IMG/VR virus record: IMGVR_UViG_3300016466_000860
DNA: 64,000 nt
From: an uncultured virus (IMG/VR IMGVR_UViG_3300016466_000860)
Taxonomy: Duplodnaviria; Heunggongvirae; Uroviricota; Caudoviricetes
Strand: one strand, 5' to 3'
In this document: piece by piece, positions 48,591-57,936 of the stretch
How positions within the stretch are numbered: the first letter of the stretch is position 1
Layout: each line of letters starts with the position of its first letter
Translations under genes and position numbers: made by a program
Notes under the pieces: model-generated
Told to the model about the DNA's origin: nothing
The model's input: only the letters and a program-made list of their open reading frames with translations
The model's database searches: none

Positions 48591-48778
48591 TGTATATGAT
48601 CGTGGCTGCGTTATTTTCGGTGTCCGCCAACATCAGCGCAACTATTACATTGGAAGATCGATATGATGATTACATGGAGTGCCTGTATTGGGCATCAACA
48701 TACAAGCAATCAATCAATGATCAGCAGGGTCCGGTGCAGGTTCGTGCAGTAGAATGCCGTCAGATAAACAAATCATGA
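48590..48778 (+). CDS. Small protein with two Cys
   Basis: Overlapping start; hydrophobic N-terminus. Confidence 0.55.
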   Translation: MYMIVAALFSVSANISATITLEDRYDDYMECLYWASTYKQSINDQQGPVQVRAVECRQINKS

Positions 48779-49013
48779 GCCAGATATTTTATATTTTTGC
48801 ATTGACTGCCGCTGTGATCAGCCTGCTCACATCAGATATCGTAGCTCTGGGAGTGGGATTGATTGGCGCGGTGTTGGGAATTTTAACAGAGAAGTCATAA
48901 CGAAAGGAAGCTAAAATGAGACATATTCCTAAAAGCGAATGGTTGCACTACATCAAATGGCGTATTCGCCAATGGTTTAAGCGACTGGAAAATAATAAAA
49001 GATTGGAGACATC

Positions 49014-49265
49014 GTGGAAAAAGATCAGTTAAGGAAGATCCTGGCAGAAAACCGCTGTGAAGTCACTTTCACTAAGGTAGATGGAAGTGTGCGGATCATG
49101 CCTTGTACTCTGCGGGAAGGCGATCTTCCCACCAGAGTCGAGCGCGAAGGTGGAAGCCGGGATCGTCGAGAAAATCCCGATACTATTTCGGTGTGGTGCT
49201 TGGACAAACAGGAATGGCGTTCGTTCCGTGTGGCCAATGTACAGAAAGTTGAAGTCTTGGGGTGA
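49014..49265 (+). CDS. WYL_2/DUF2693 SH3-like phage protein
   Basis: VTFTKVDGSVRIMPCTL...WRSFR. Confidence 0.8.
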   Translation: MEKDQLRKILAENRCEVTFTKVDGSVRIMPCTLREGDLPTRVEREGGSRDRRENPDTISVWCLDKQEWRSFRVANVQKVEVLG

Positions 49266-49268
49266 GCA

Positions 49269-49727
49269 GTGAAAAAAGTCTTTTACGAGAAAGTGGGTCG
49301 CAGATATCGGGCAGTATCTGAGTATGACAACGAACTGATGATGTCTTTTCCCAAAGGAACACATCTCGTTATGTGTTACCCGGGCGGCCAAAGCACCCGC
49401 TATCGGATTGATCCCAACTACGCGGCCATGATCGCCGCGGGAAGATTGGTCGAAGATGCCATCTGTGCAGTCATTTATCAGGAAAGTGAAGCCAAACCCA
49501 AAGAACAACCCATCACGGAACGACAACGACTTGCATGGGAAGAAATGAAAGCAGCATTCGGTGATGATCTTTACAGCCTAACATTCAGTAGCACCCGCGA
49601 CCTCGCCGAAGCAGGTGTACAGGCAATGATCAAAGAAGCCGATAAGTTGATGCGCCACGACGGTGTTCGAGCCGCCTACGAGCATTTCATGATGATGTGC
49701 GAACTAACAAAGGAAGAAAATGGATAA
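49269..49727 (+). CDS. Hypothetical phage protein
   Basis: Long ORF in operon. Confidence 0.75.
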   Translation: MKKVFYEKVGRRYRAVSEYDNELMMSFPKGTHLVMCYPGGQSTRYRIDPNYAAMIAAGRLVEDAICAVIYQESEAKPKEQPITERQRLAWEEMKAAFGDDLYSLTFSSTRDLAEAGVQAMIKEADKLMRHDGVRAAYEHFMMMCELTKEENG

Positions 49728-49908
49728 CGAAAAGCGTTGGACTCTCATTGTAGAAGAAGATCCCGAGACCGGTGATGGAATATTGACCTTCCCGCCCGAC
49801 TTGCTGGAAGCAGCCGGTTGGCAAGAAGGAGACAGGATCCGCTGGAAAGACAACCAAGATGGATCCTGGAGCCTGGAAAAGGTCGACGAACCTATCTCTG
49901 GTTGTTAG
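49720..49908 (+). CDS. AbrB/MazE-like DNA-binding protein
   Basis: ILTFPPDLLEAAGWQEGDRIRW. Confidence 0.7.
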   Translation: MDNEKRWTLIVEEDPETGDGILTFPPDLLEAAGWQEGDRIRWKDNQDGSWSLEKVDEPISGC

Positions 49909-50482
49909 CTACTACTAGAGCAGTCTTGGCCAGATACACAGCACCATCGGCAGCCGCTATGTTCCTGACTCGCTGGGAGTCTTCAACCAATACACGACAT
50001 CCGCGACTTTGCAGATGCTGTATCCAATACTCGGTGGGCTGTTCGTTGACATGATGGTACCCGCCTTGACCAGGCAAGGCATTGGTCATGACTATGATAC
50101 GCCCACACATCAATGATGCCAACAAGTTGTCGAGATACTGTTCTTCGATGTGTTCGACCACTTCTTGGCAGTGTACCAGATCCACGCGACAGTTGACTGG
50201 ACTTTGGGTGATGTCATGCTGTATGCAGGGATAATGGCTACGGGCTACATTATCGGGCAAGCCTTCGACGGCGATCACTTTCAGGCCTTTGCTGTGGAAG
50301 TATTGGCTGGCATAGCCCATGCCTGATCCCAGATCCAACACCGACCTCACTGCGAACCTGCCAATGAGATAATCCCAGACTCGGGGGCTGTAGGTGTAGG
50401 GATCGCCTTCTAAGAGATTTCCGCCCAGATGGGATTGGGCGGCATCTTGAACGTTGGTTAATCCTTGATAGTTTTCGGTCAT
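49892..50482 (-). CDS. Class I SAM-dependent methyltransferase
   Basis: SVLDLGSGMG, EVVEHI, GQGGYHHVNEQ. Confidence 0.85.
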   Translation of the reverse strand: MTENYQGLTNVQDAAQSHLGGNLLEGDPYTYSPRVWDYLIGRFAVRSVLDLGSGMGYASQYFHSKGLKVIAVEGLPDNVARSHYPCIQHDITQSPVNCRVDLVHCQEVVEHIEEQYLDNLLASLMCGRIIVMTNALPGQGGYHHVNEQPTEYWIQHLQSRGCRVLVEDSQRVRNIAAADGAVYLAKTALVVANNQR

Positions 50483-50537
50483 TTAGGTTCTTCTTTGAGT
50501 TGACTTTTTTGATATTTGAGCGTACAATGTATTTACT

Positions 50538-51068
50538 ATGAAACAGATATCACGTAGTCTAAATCGTCACCAATTCCAGCGAGAGGCCTACATACGCCGC
50601 TGTGAAGAACAAGGCCAAGAACCCCGCGAGGACTATCTGCGACTCATAGACACCGTGACCGAAAAGCATCTCACTCGTTTTGGAGATAATGCTCCAGAGA
50701 ATGATCTTGAGTATGATCTCCTGACCACTCCTTGGATCCTGGAAAAAGCGCGAGCATCCAAGTCCTATGCCCAGAATATTTACGCCGCGCTGTGTAACCA
50801 AGATTGGCAACGCATAGATGTCTTGCCCATATTACGGGATGAGGCTTGGGGATGCTCGTGGCGTTCAGCTGGAGGTATAGTAGCAGATATGTTGGGCGAG
50901 GGTGATTACATTGATTGGTACTGCTCGGGCATGGGTAGTGGTCTCGGAAACGGCGACGAAGATGGCTCCAAGGGTTATGTGGGCGAAGGCCATATCACCG
51001 AAGAAATAAGAGAAGATTTTAAGAAACTGGGCTGGCAACCCATCGACAACGAAGACGATCATATCTAG
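50538..51068 (+). CDS. Hypothetical phage protein
   Basis: YAQNIYAALCN, SWRSAGGIVA, DYIDWYCSG; TTGACT-17-TACAAT upstream. Confidence 0.75.
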   Translation: MKQISRSLNRHQFQREAYIRRCEEQGQEPREDYLRLIDTVTEKHLTRFGDNAPENDLEYDLLTTPWILEKARASKSYAQNIYAALCNQDWQRIDVLPILRDEAWGCSWRSAGGIVADMLGEGDYIDWYCSGMGSGLGNGDEDGSKGYVGEGHITEEIREDFKKLGWQPIDNEDDHI

Positions 51069-51078
51069 GAGATCAATC

Positions 51079-52029
51079 ATGGCGACTAAAAAGCAAAAAG
51101 AAGAACTGTTACAGACACTCAAATTTACTCCCATTCGAGCCAGGATTATGTTACAAGGTTATGGTGGTGAGTGTTACATTGGTTCGGTGCCGCGCGAAAT
51201 GTACGATTTTTTCAAATCCAAACAGATCGATGTTGAACAATACGCCAGCAACTGGGACGATGACATGTTCTCGGACGTGCCCGAAGACATGCGTCCATTT
51301 TCGCCTGGCAGTCCCTACGACTGCGACAACCTGTTCCATGCTTCGGGCGCCACCATGGATGATTCGAGCCGGCTCACCGTGATCGATGATGATACCAATG
51401 AGGACATTTTTGAAACTAACCTGGATATCAGCAATCTCGAAGATCAAGGTATTGTGGTAGACTGCGCGGAAGATTTTGACAGCAGCGATCTTGATCCCGG
51501 GTCAGTGGTATTCTGGGGCGGTCAAGGAGAAAAGGGCTGTTTCTTTGATGGAGAGATCACGCTCCGTGCACCATTTGATCCCAGTAAACTGCGCATCACT
51601 TATGGCAACGGCGACGACTGGTATCTCAGCACCGGAGTGGAATACGACGGTGAAGAAGTGGAAGGATATGATGGGTATTCTACCACCGGCAAATGGGCCG
51701 AACACAAGTTTTGGATCTCCGGCGACGAAGAGGTCTACGAAGGCCGAGAACGCGGTGAAAACGAAGACGACGAAGACGTCGAATTGTTGGATGGCGAAGA
51801 GATGCAGGCACAGGAAGCCATCGACAACAAGCCCGAAGCTTGGGAAGGCATCGAACTCACACCTTGGTGGCCCGACAGCCAGAACCCTGTACGGGAAGGC
51901 GAATATGAAGTGATCATCGGCACTTGGCCTTTCCCGCAACGAGCCCATTGGGACGGCGTATTATGGAAACAGGGCGACCAACCTGTGATAGTAGACCAAT
52001 GGCGCGGATTAAGCCGGCCTTTGGAGTAA
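51079..52029 (+). CDS. Acidic hypothetical protein
   Basis: AGGAG SD. Confidence 0.75.
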   Translation: MATKKQKEELLQTLKFTPIRARIMLQGYGGECYIGSVPREMYDFFKSKQIDVEQYASNWDDDMFSDVPEDMRPFSPGSPYDCDNLFHASGATMDDSSRLTVIDDDTNEDIFETNLDISNLEDQGIVVDCAEDFDSSDLDPGSVVFWGGQGEKGCFFDGEITLRAPFDPSKLRITYGNGDDWYLSTGVEYDGEEVEGYDGYSTTGKWAEHKFWISGDEEVYEGRERGENEDDEDVELLDGEEMQAQEAIDNKPEAWEGIELTPWWPDSQNPVREGEYEVIIGTWPFPQRAHWDGVLWKQGDQPVIVDQWRGLSRPLE

Positions 52030-52145
52030 TAGATACAAAATATGGCGATCTTGACCTCCAAAAAGCATTGATTTTATCAACGAGATAGTGCATAATACCT
52101 AGACGCTGTTGAACAACAGCCTTTTTAACTCAAGGAGATATTTGA

Positions 52146-52415
52146 ATGTTCAATCTAGAAACCAAGCAAGGTAAACTGTTCCAAGCCCTGGTCATCAACG
52201 GTGAGTCGCTGACCGCTAGCCAGATCAAAAAGCGTTTCAGCATCGCTAACCCCCGCGCCACTGTTTCGGAGATCCGCTACGCCGGCTTCCCTGTTTATGC
52301 CAACACCCGCAAAGCTGGCAACGGTGTCCGCGTCACCGAATACAAGCATGGCAAGGCCAGCCGTAAATTGGTTGCCGCCGGTTATCGCGCCCTGGCTGCT
52401 GGTCTCGTTGACTAA
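52146..52415 (+). CDS. Winged-helix DNA-binding protein
   Basis: LTASQIKKRFSIANPRATVSEIR..G; AAGGAG SD. Confidence 0.7.
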   Translation: MFNLETKQGKLFQALVINGESLTASQIKKRFSIANPRATVSEIRYAGFPVYANTRKAGNGVRVTEYKHGKASRKLVAAGYRALAAGLVD

Positions 52416-52439
52416 TCTTTTTAGTTAATGTTGGTCAAC

Positions 52440-52471
52440 AAAAAGCCCTGCGTCGCAGGGCTTTTGTTTTT
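52440..52471. terminator. Bidirectional terminator
   Basis: AAAAGCCCTGCG-t-CGCAGGGCTTTT. Confidence 0.85.
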
Positions 52472-52484
52472 GCGAAATTTCTTC

Positions 52485-52940
52485 TTAGAAATCTACGTCG
52501 ACTATTTCCATCCCAGTCATTTCAAACCCATGGATTTCGTTGTAGTCAAGGAAAAAGCTCAATGCCAGGTTTTTAGGAATAGTTCTTGGAATTCCGTCGA
52601 AGCTTTCCTCGGCTGTTTCGGTATAAGGGGCATCGTTGTGAGATAGAATAAATTCACGTACTTTTTTTCTATAAAATACATAAGCTTGTTCGGCATCATA
52701 TCCTTCTGGAAGATCCGACATTCTCCACTGCACACTTCTCATATTTGGATTTTCAGGATATGTAATCACACGTTTTTTGGTAGTGACACCATTGTCTACG
52801 GCAGGATCAAAATAATCCTGTAACTCATTGTAAGAAGCGATCAATGGGGCATATGCAGGATCATTGGCAACTGACTCAATGAATTGGGGCCACCAAAGTG
52901 TTCCTGGTGGTATAGTAAAGGTGATCTGAAGGGCCTTCAT
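52485..52940 (-). CDS. Hypothetical protein
   Basis: GGAG SD; GATAAATA on minus strand at 52969-52976. Confidence 0.7.
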   Translation of the reverse strand: MKALQITFTIPPGTLWWPQFIESVANDPAYAPLIASYNELQDYFDPAVDNGVTTKKRVITYPENPNMRSVQWRMSDLPEGYDAEQAYVFYRKKVREFILSHNDAPYTETAEESFDGIPRTIPKNLALSFFLDYNEIHGFEMTGMEIVDVDF

Positions 52941-53052
52941 CGGAAAATTTCTCCACGGTTGATGTTATTATTTATCAATGCCGCGAACTTCTGGTGAAAT
53001 CGTTATGTTATATCACGTGACAAGAAATAACAAATGGTAGTAAAATACACTC

Positions 53053-53241
53053 ATGACTGATATTATGATAACTTGTACATCCGGAAAAACACAGCATTTA
53101 ATGACCGCCATTGAATGGTGCGATCGCAACTTTGGGGCCGATTCTTGGAAGCTGGAAAATACTTTTCCATCACTGAGATATCGGTTCCGTTTCAGTGATC
53201 CTGCCCACGCTTCTTTGTTCGCGCTCCAATGGAACCATTGA
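53053..53241 (+). CDS. Small phage protein (WC...F.L.W family)
   Basis: EWCDRNFG...FRFSDP.HASLFALQW. Confidence 0.65.
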   Translation: MTDIMITCTSGKTQHLMTAIEWCDRNFGADSWKLENTFPSLRYRFRFSDPAHASLFALQWNH

Positions 53242-53447
53242 AATATCCGCATTGTGTGCAGGTTGACTGGAAATACAATGAATCAGGGCAGTTTTGGAAC
53301 GACCTCTGTGCCTGGGCCGTAGATGCATTTGGCCTTCCAGGTGATCGTTTCCAGTTTGAATCTTCCGCGGACTACATGATATGGCGATTCCACGACCCCA
53401 AGGATGCTTTTCTATTCCAATTGAGATCCGGTGGGCACCAGGTGTGA
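53229..53447 (+). CDS. Small phage protein (same family)
   Basis: CAWAVDAFGLPG...WRFHDPKDAFLFQL. Confidence 0.65.
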   Translation: MEPLKYPHCVQVDWKYNESGQFWNDLCAWAVDAFGLPGDRFQFESSADYMIWRFHDPKDAFLFQLRSGGHQV

Positions 53448-53704
53448 AAACTGTCAAAACCGTGGTTCACTCTTTCAACATGGGCGATGTCGAAGATCCC
53501 TATCTCTATGCCGCCCAACCCATACATGAGTGGCAGCAGACTGAAATGGGCCAATGGTGCATGGAACACTTGGTCAACGAAGGTACCTTTGTGTGCGAGC
53601 CAGATCCATTGATGTGGGGGTATCGTGTAGCCATCATTGGCGAGTTTGAGGAAAAAGACTACACCTATTTCCGACTAAAATACTCGGAAAACAAAGGTAC
53701 CTGA
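53444..53704 (+). CDS. Small phage protein
   Basis: GTG overlap start inferred; FNMGDVEDP.LYAAQP...YFRLKY. Confidence 0.65.
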   Translation: MKTVKTVVHSFNMGDVEDPYLYAAQPIHEWQQTEMGQWCMEHLVNEGTFVCEPDPLMWGYRVAIIGEFEEKDYTYFRLKYSENKGT

Positions 53705-53785
53705 TGTTGCAAAAAAACAACATCGGGATCTTGTAGGTAAGTGCTTGCTAACTTGTTGTTTTCCATTGGTTAGCAAGCACTTACC
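53703..53785. repeat. Palindrome plus 29-bp repeat copy 2 and 17-bp inverted repeat
   Basis: GATGTTG-N8-CAACATC (53703-53724); GGTAAGTGCTTGCTAAC 53736-53752 inverted at 53769-53785. Confidence 0.85.
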
Positions 53786-53802
53786 ATCCAATTATTTTTG
53801 GC

Positions 53803-53831
53803 TTGACCATAAATTCCCATTTCGTTATAAT
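53803..53831 (+). promoter_or_regulatory. Early promoter
   Basis: TTGACC-17nt-TATAAT. Confidence 0.75.
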
Positions 53832-53837
53832 AACATT

Positions 53838-54182
53838 ATGGAAATTAAAAAAGCACCCCGTAGAAAGCGAGTTGATCGCACCCACATCATCTACAAGATC
53901 ATGTCGGGCACAGACTTCTATATTGGCGTCACTGCCAAGACCGAAAGCACCGTTCAAAAGTCGGTGCGGGTGCGTATGAACAAACATCTGTATCGTAGCC
54001 GCTCAGAAGACAAATCCTGGGCACTCTACGAAGCACTCCGTGATCGTGGTCCAGGATGCTTCTGCTACACCATCGTGGCAGTGGTACGCGGCAAGACCCA
54101 AGCTCACCAATTGGAGCGAGCTTTGATCCGTGAACTCCGCCCAAATTTGAACACCGACACTCGTGAAAGGAAAGCGGCATGA
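53838..54182 (+). CDS. GIY-YIG nuclease-like protein
   Basis: HIIYKI...FYIGVT...R...H...E..LI....P.LN. Confidence 0.8.
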   Translation: MEIKKAPRRKRVDRTHIIYKIMSGTDFYIGVTAKTESTVQKSVRVRMNKHLYRSRSEDKSWALYEALRDRGPGCFCYTIVAVVRGKTQAHQLERALIRELRPNLNTDTRERKAA

Positions 54183-54520
54183 ATATGTTAGCCATTGACA
54201 ATATCGAATCCATCCATAACGAAGCCACCCAAGCGGCACAGGCCGCGGCCCGCAAATTCTTTGACGAGAAACTAGGCGGGCGTGATCAATATGCCTGTGG
54301 TTTCGCCTGGGTCACGGTGTTGGAAAAAGGCAGCACCCGATTGGGTCGCAGGCTCAAGGAAATCGGCTTCCGCAAATCATACGGTGGTGGCCTACAACTT
54401 TGGGATCCTAGCCGTTTCCCTTGCCAGAATGTAGATACTTTAGAAGCCGGTGCCCAAGCCTATGCGGCTGTGTTCAAAAAGTATGGCATCGAAGCCTACG
54501 CTGGTTCACGATTGGACTAA
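54179..54520 (+). CDS. Hypothetical phage protein
   Basis: CGFAWV...EAGAQAYA...SRLD. Confidence 0.75.
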   Translation: MNMLAIDNIESIHNEATQAAQAAARKFFDEKLGGRDQYACGFAWVTVLEKGSTRLGRRLKEIGFRKSYGGGLQLWDPSRFPCQNVDTLEAGAQAYAAVFKKYGIEAYAGSRLD

Positions 54521-54521
54521 C

Positions 54522-54653
54522 ATGACCAAGATCAAAGATCGATTAAAGACTCGTAATTGGGTGGCCAAGAACAACTTCAACCGCCCAGTCCGTCATCGCG
54601 ATCGCACCGAATATCAACGCCAGCCCAAACACCGGGCCAAGGAAATAGCATGA
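54522..54653 (+). CDS. Small basic protein
   Basis: RNWVAK...HRDR..YQRQPKH. Confidence 0.6.
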   Translation: MTKIKDRLKTRNWVAKNNFNRPVRHRDRTEYQRQPKHRAKEIA

Positions 54654-55000
54654 AAAATCCCATTGACTGGAATCTTCAAAATGATACCCGATATGTTTGG
54701 GCCGAATTCAGTGAAGACTTCAAAGGTAGCATGGAACGGTATCTCTTGCAAGGACTACGCCCAGGCGGCTTCGCTGAAGCTATGTTGGCACACGATCTTG
54801 AACGTGCCTTGTTCAATGCCGACATACACAATCGGCAGGTGTTTTGGGCCATTGCTATGTGGATCCGAGATCGTTTGCCGTCGAATTGTCAAGGCAGTTA
54901 TGCGGCCATCGAGGCCTGGTCGGCAGATCAAGATGGCATTCGTACCACCTTCCGTGAGCATTGTGAAAAGGCCAGAGTCTGGTTGACTCTGGTGAAATGA
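54650..55000 (+). CDS. Hypothetical phage protein
   Basis: YLLQG..PGGF..AML.HDL. Confidence 0.7.
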   Translation: MKNPIDWNLQNDTRYVWAEFSEDFKGSMERYLLQGLRPGGFAEAMLAHDLERALFNADIHNRQVFWAIAMWIRDRLPSNCQGSYAAIEAWSADQDGIRTTFREHCEKARVWLTLVK

Positions 55001-55040
55001 TCTAGTAAAATAATTTAGATCATAACCAAGGAATCAAAAC

Positions 55041-55640
55041 ATGATAACTCTCAAAGAATGGATGGAACTGGTCGAGTATCGCATCACCGAAGGCAGCGAC
55101 TACCACCAAAGCCGATATGGCAACTCAATTTACAGTCTAGACAGCTGGAACGGCGAACAAGACGGATATAGTTTTACTATCATCTTCAGTACTCGCACTC
55201 AACAGGTCTTTGAAGTACAGGCACACGATTACCTGCATAATAGAGCATACCGACGTTTTGCAGAAGGTTTTGAACCTCCCGCAGGCGAAGATAGAATTGC
55301 CTGGGATGACCTCAAATATGTCACTCTCGAAGACGACGATGATTTCATACAAAAGGCCCTGGCCATCCGCGAGGGCGAGGACTACGACACCCGCGTCTCT
55401 ATCCCTGTGAACTTGCCCGATGATGTGTTGCTTACCCTCATGAAGCAAGCTCACAAACAGGACATCACTTTTAACCAACACATGGAAACCATTCTTAAAA
55501 CGGCCATTCACCAGGTGCGAATTGAAAATCCCGACGCCGATTGGGACAACTGGGATGAATTGTGCGAGGATCATTGGGATGACGACGGCGATGATGTCGT
55601 TGTGCCCAAGAAGAAAAAATCCAAAGGTAAAAAGAAGTGA
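55041..55640 (+). CDS. Hypothetical phage protein
   Basis: AAGGA SD. Confidence 0.75.
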   Translation: MITLKEWMELVEYRITEGSDYHQSRYGNSIYSLDSWNGEQDGYSFTIIFSTRTQQVFEVQAHDYLHNRAYRRFAEGFEPPAGEDRIAWDDLKYVTLEDDDDFIQKALAIREGEDYDTRVSIPVNLPDDVLLTLMKQAHKQDITFNQHMETILKTAIHQVRIENPDADWDNWDELCEDHWDDDGDDVVVPKKKKSKGKKK

Positions 55641-56053
55641 AGATCGGATTCAGTTATAGTCGTTGCGTGCGAGACATCGTGGAAGGAGCCGTTGATCCCA
55701 GAGAGGTATTGGTGATCATCTCTCGCACCGACTTTGACCCACGTGACGACGATCAGTGGGCTGGTATCTGGCAAGGCTATCGCTACGGTGGCTTTTCCCG
55801 AGCCGAATGGGCCAGCGCCGCAGATGAAGAGGAATCTCGATATCGAGAGGTATCGGTGATGTTACTGGAGGCTGGACAGTTGCATCAACCCAGACAGTTT
55901 GGAGCACATCCTGTGCGTAGTCCACACACATGGGTGGACACCGGTCCCATTGGCATCGAACGCCAACCACAGGCTGTGCAGGATGCCTGGAATCAATATC
56001 AGGTCTTGGCATCCTTGGCACAAAATTCTACCCAGTTCCACAACGAGTTTTAA
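55637..56053 (+). CDS. Hypothetical phage protein
   Basis: KIGFSYSRCVRDIV, LHQPRQFGA. Confidence 0.7.
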   Translation: MKIGFSYSRCVRDIVEGAVDPREVLVIISRTDFDPRDDDQWAGIWQGYRYGGFSRAEWASAADEEESRYREVSVMLLEAGQLHQPRQFGAHPVRSPHTWVDTGPIGIERQPQAVQDAWNQYQVLASLAQNSTQFHNEF

Positions 56054-56065
56054 TAGGAGGCAACA

Positions 56066-56293
56066 ATGGTTCGACTTGAAGGTTTGTCCGTTCTGCAACG
56101 CGAGCTGGCCGAACGCATCTGGGAAATCCAAGATCATGATGCGCTGATAGAATTTGTGCGGAGCCTACCGCGTAGCGTGGCCATCGAAGCACACACGGTC
56201 ATTCAATTGATGATCATCGAAAGCATGGACCAAGAAGAGCTTAACGATATGGCTGAAGCCAACGAAGTCATTGAAAGGATTCGCTCATGCTGA
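56066..56293 (+). CDS. Hypothetical protein
   Basis: GGAGG SD. Confidence 0.7.
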   Translation: MVRLEGLSVLQRELAERIWEIQDHDALIEFVRSLPRSVAIEAHTVIQLMIIESMDQEELNDMAEANEVIERIRSC

Positions 56294-56970
56294 GATACGA
56301 AACCATCCACGCAGTAAACGCCGCACGACGGCGCATGATGGGTAGTGGAAGGACATATTACAGTTGGCGATCTGATGGTGTTAATCGTGAACAAGATCAG
56401 CTCAACCTGTTCACTTTCGAGCAGGCTGCTATAGATGACAGCCGCCACAATCTCGAGTGGTTGTTCGACGTGGCCCGCGGGCATGATCAACGCTGGCTGG
56501 TGCTGGCGCCCATGACTATACAGACCCTGGGCTGGGCCGGAACCGATCGGGTAGCCCGGGACATTACACCCGGCACATGGATCACAGAATTCCGCCGATG
56601 GTTGGACAGCGAACATCAGGATGCTCGTACAGAATCCAGCGATCGTGCGGAAATCATGCACTTCCATACCTGGCGGCGCTGTTTTACCACGAAGGAGCAC
56701 CAAGGGGTGTATGAAGTCGCTACGGGTCGCAGGCTGACCAGTCGTGAAGAGATCATTGAATCGTTCTGGGACATGGGCTTCGCCACCTGGCGCGGTCGCC
56801 CTTACTCAGTGGCCAAACAGCGTTGGTCTGGCAACCGAACGGAACTGGAGGATCTCACTGACCTCTATCATCAGCATTACTCCAGACACCGCACCTCGGA
56901 CATGGCCAAGAAAATGGTGTCGGCATTCCGGTCAATCAATCGCTACGCAGCCTGGCCTGGAGCTTGGTGA
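56287..56970 (+). CDS. Hypothetical protein
   Basis: Overlapping start. Confidence 0.65.
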   Translation: MLRYETIHAVNAARRRMMGSGRTYYSWRSDGVNREQDQLNLFTFEQAAIDDSRHNLEWLFDVARGHDQRWLVLAPMTIQTLGWAGTDRVARDITPGTWITEFRRWLDSEHQDARTESSDRAEIMHFHTWRRCFTTKEHQGVYEVATGRRLTSREEIIESFWDMGFATWRGRPYSVAKQRWSGNRTELEDLTDLYHQHYSRHRTSDMAKKMVSAFRSINRYAAWPGAW

Positions 56971-57052
56971 TTTTTGGCACAGAGTTTTATATCTCGCCGA
57001 GCAACAAGTAAATAGTCATGCAGTATTAAATTATCAAAAAAAGGAAATCAAC

Positions 57053-57241
57053 ATGTCAATCAACCATGACGCAATCAAATCTGCTTTTGAAACTTACATC
57101 GCAGAAAACGAAAAATTCACACAAAAGGGCGTGAAGGCCAGCGCCGCCCGAGCTCGCAAGGCTCTACAGGAAATGTCAAAAGCCATCAAAGAGCGCCGCA
57201 AAGAAATCACTGCGGAAAAAGAAGCTCTGGCCACCAAATAA
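57053..57241 (+). CDS. Histone H1-like (Hc1-type) small basic protein
   Basis: EKFTQKGVKASAARARKALQEM....KERRKEI. Confidence 0.7.
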   Translation: MSINHDAIKSAFETYIAENEKFTQKGVKASAARARKALQEMSKAIKERRKEITAEKEALATK

Positions 57242-57253
57242 GGAGAAATCACA

Positions 57254-57928
57254 ATGAACTTGAATGTTTCGGCGGCCGAAAGCCTCAATACCGCGGTGGC
57301 CGGTGTGCTAGGTCGCATGGCAGCAGGAATACTTGGAACCATGATCGTAGCGGCATTGATCTCCGGTACGGGGTTGGCAACTGCGCTGTTCTCGGGGCTG
57401 TTCGGATACGTCATAATCTTCGCGCCTTTGGCTATGAGCTTGTTTTTGGCCTGGCGCGGTGAAAGCATGAGTACTGACACCATTAGATTTTGGTTTATAG
57501 CTTTTGCCACAGTGATGGGATTAAGTTTGAGCCTGATTTTCACCGTGTACACTTCAACATCCATTGCGCAGGCTCTAGTAGGTACCACTGTGAGTTTCGC
57601 GGCCTTGGCTGGTTGGGGATATTTTACCAAGCGAGATATTTCTAATTGGGGTTCGTTCCTGTTCGCAGGGGTAATCGGTCTCATCGTAGCTGGTGTGATC
57701 AATATCTTTGTAGAATCCACAGTGTTGCAAATGACATTGAATGTGCTGACCATCTTGATCTTTTTGGCTCTTACTGCCTGGGACATGAATCGTATTCGGG
57801 ACATGTTCTGGAGTGCCACGGCGAGCGAAATCGAGCGAATGCAGTGGTTTGGCGCCTTGAGCCTCTACATCAATTTCATCAACATCTTTGTGAGCCTCCT
57901 CCAGTTGTTTGGTACCAAAGAAGAATGA
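57254..57928 (+). CDS. Bax inhibitor-1/YccA family membrane protein
   Basis: 7 TM; GYFTKRD, LTAWDM, GALSLYINFINIF. Confidence 0.92.
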   Translation: MNLNVSAAESLNTAVAGVLGRMAAGILGTMIVAALISGTGLATALFSGLFGYVIIFAPLAMSLFLAWRGESMSTDTIRFWFIAFATVMGLSLSLIFTVYTSTSIAQALVGTTVSFAALAGWGYFTKRDISNWGSFLFAGVIGLIVAGVINIFVESTVLQMTLNVLTILIFLALTAWDMNRIRDMFWSATASEIERMQWFGALSLYINFINIFVSLLQLFGTKEE

Positions 57929-57936
57929 ATGTTCGG

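Noticed and set aside
53838..54182. GIY-YIG protein as an intron-encoded homing endonuclease
   Set aside because: Free-standing, short, own promoter; no interrupted gene or intron structure seen
57094..57819. 241-aa minus-strand ORF (and similar long antisense ORFs, e.g. 27725-28357, 8237-8779)
   Set aside because: Antisense to confidently assigned + strand genes; no motifs or SD
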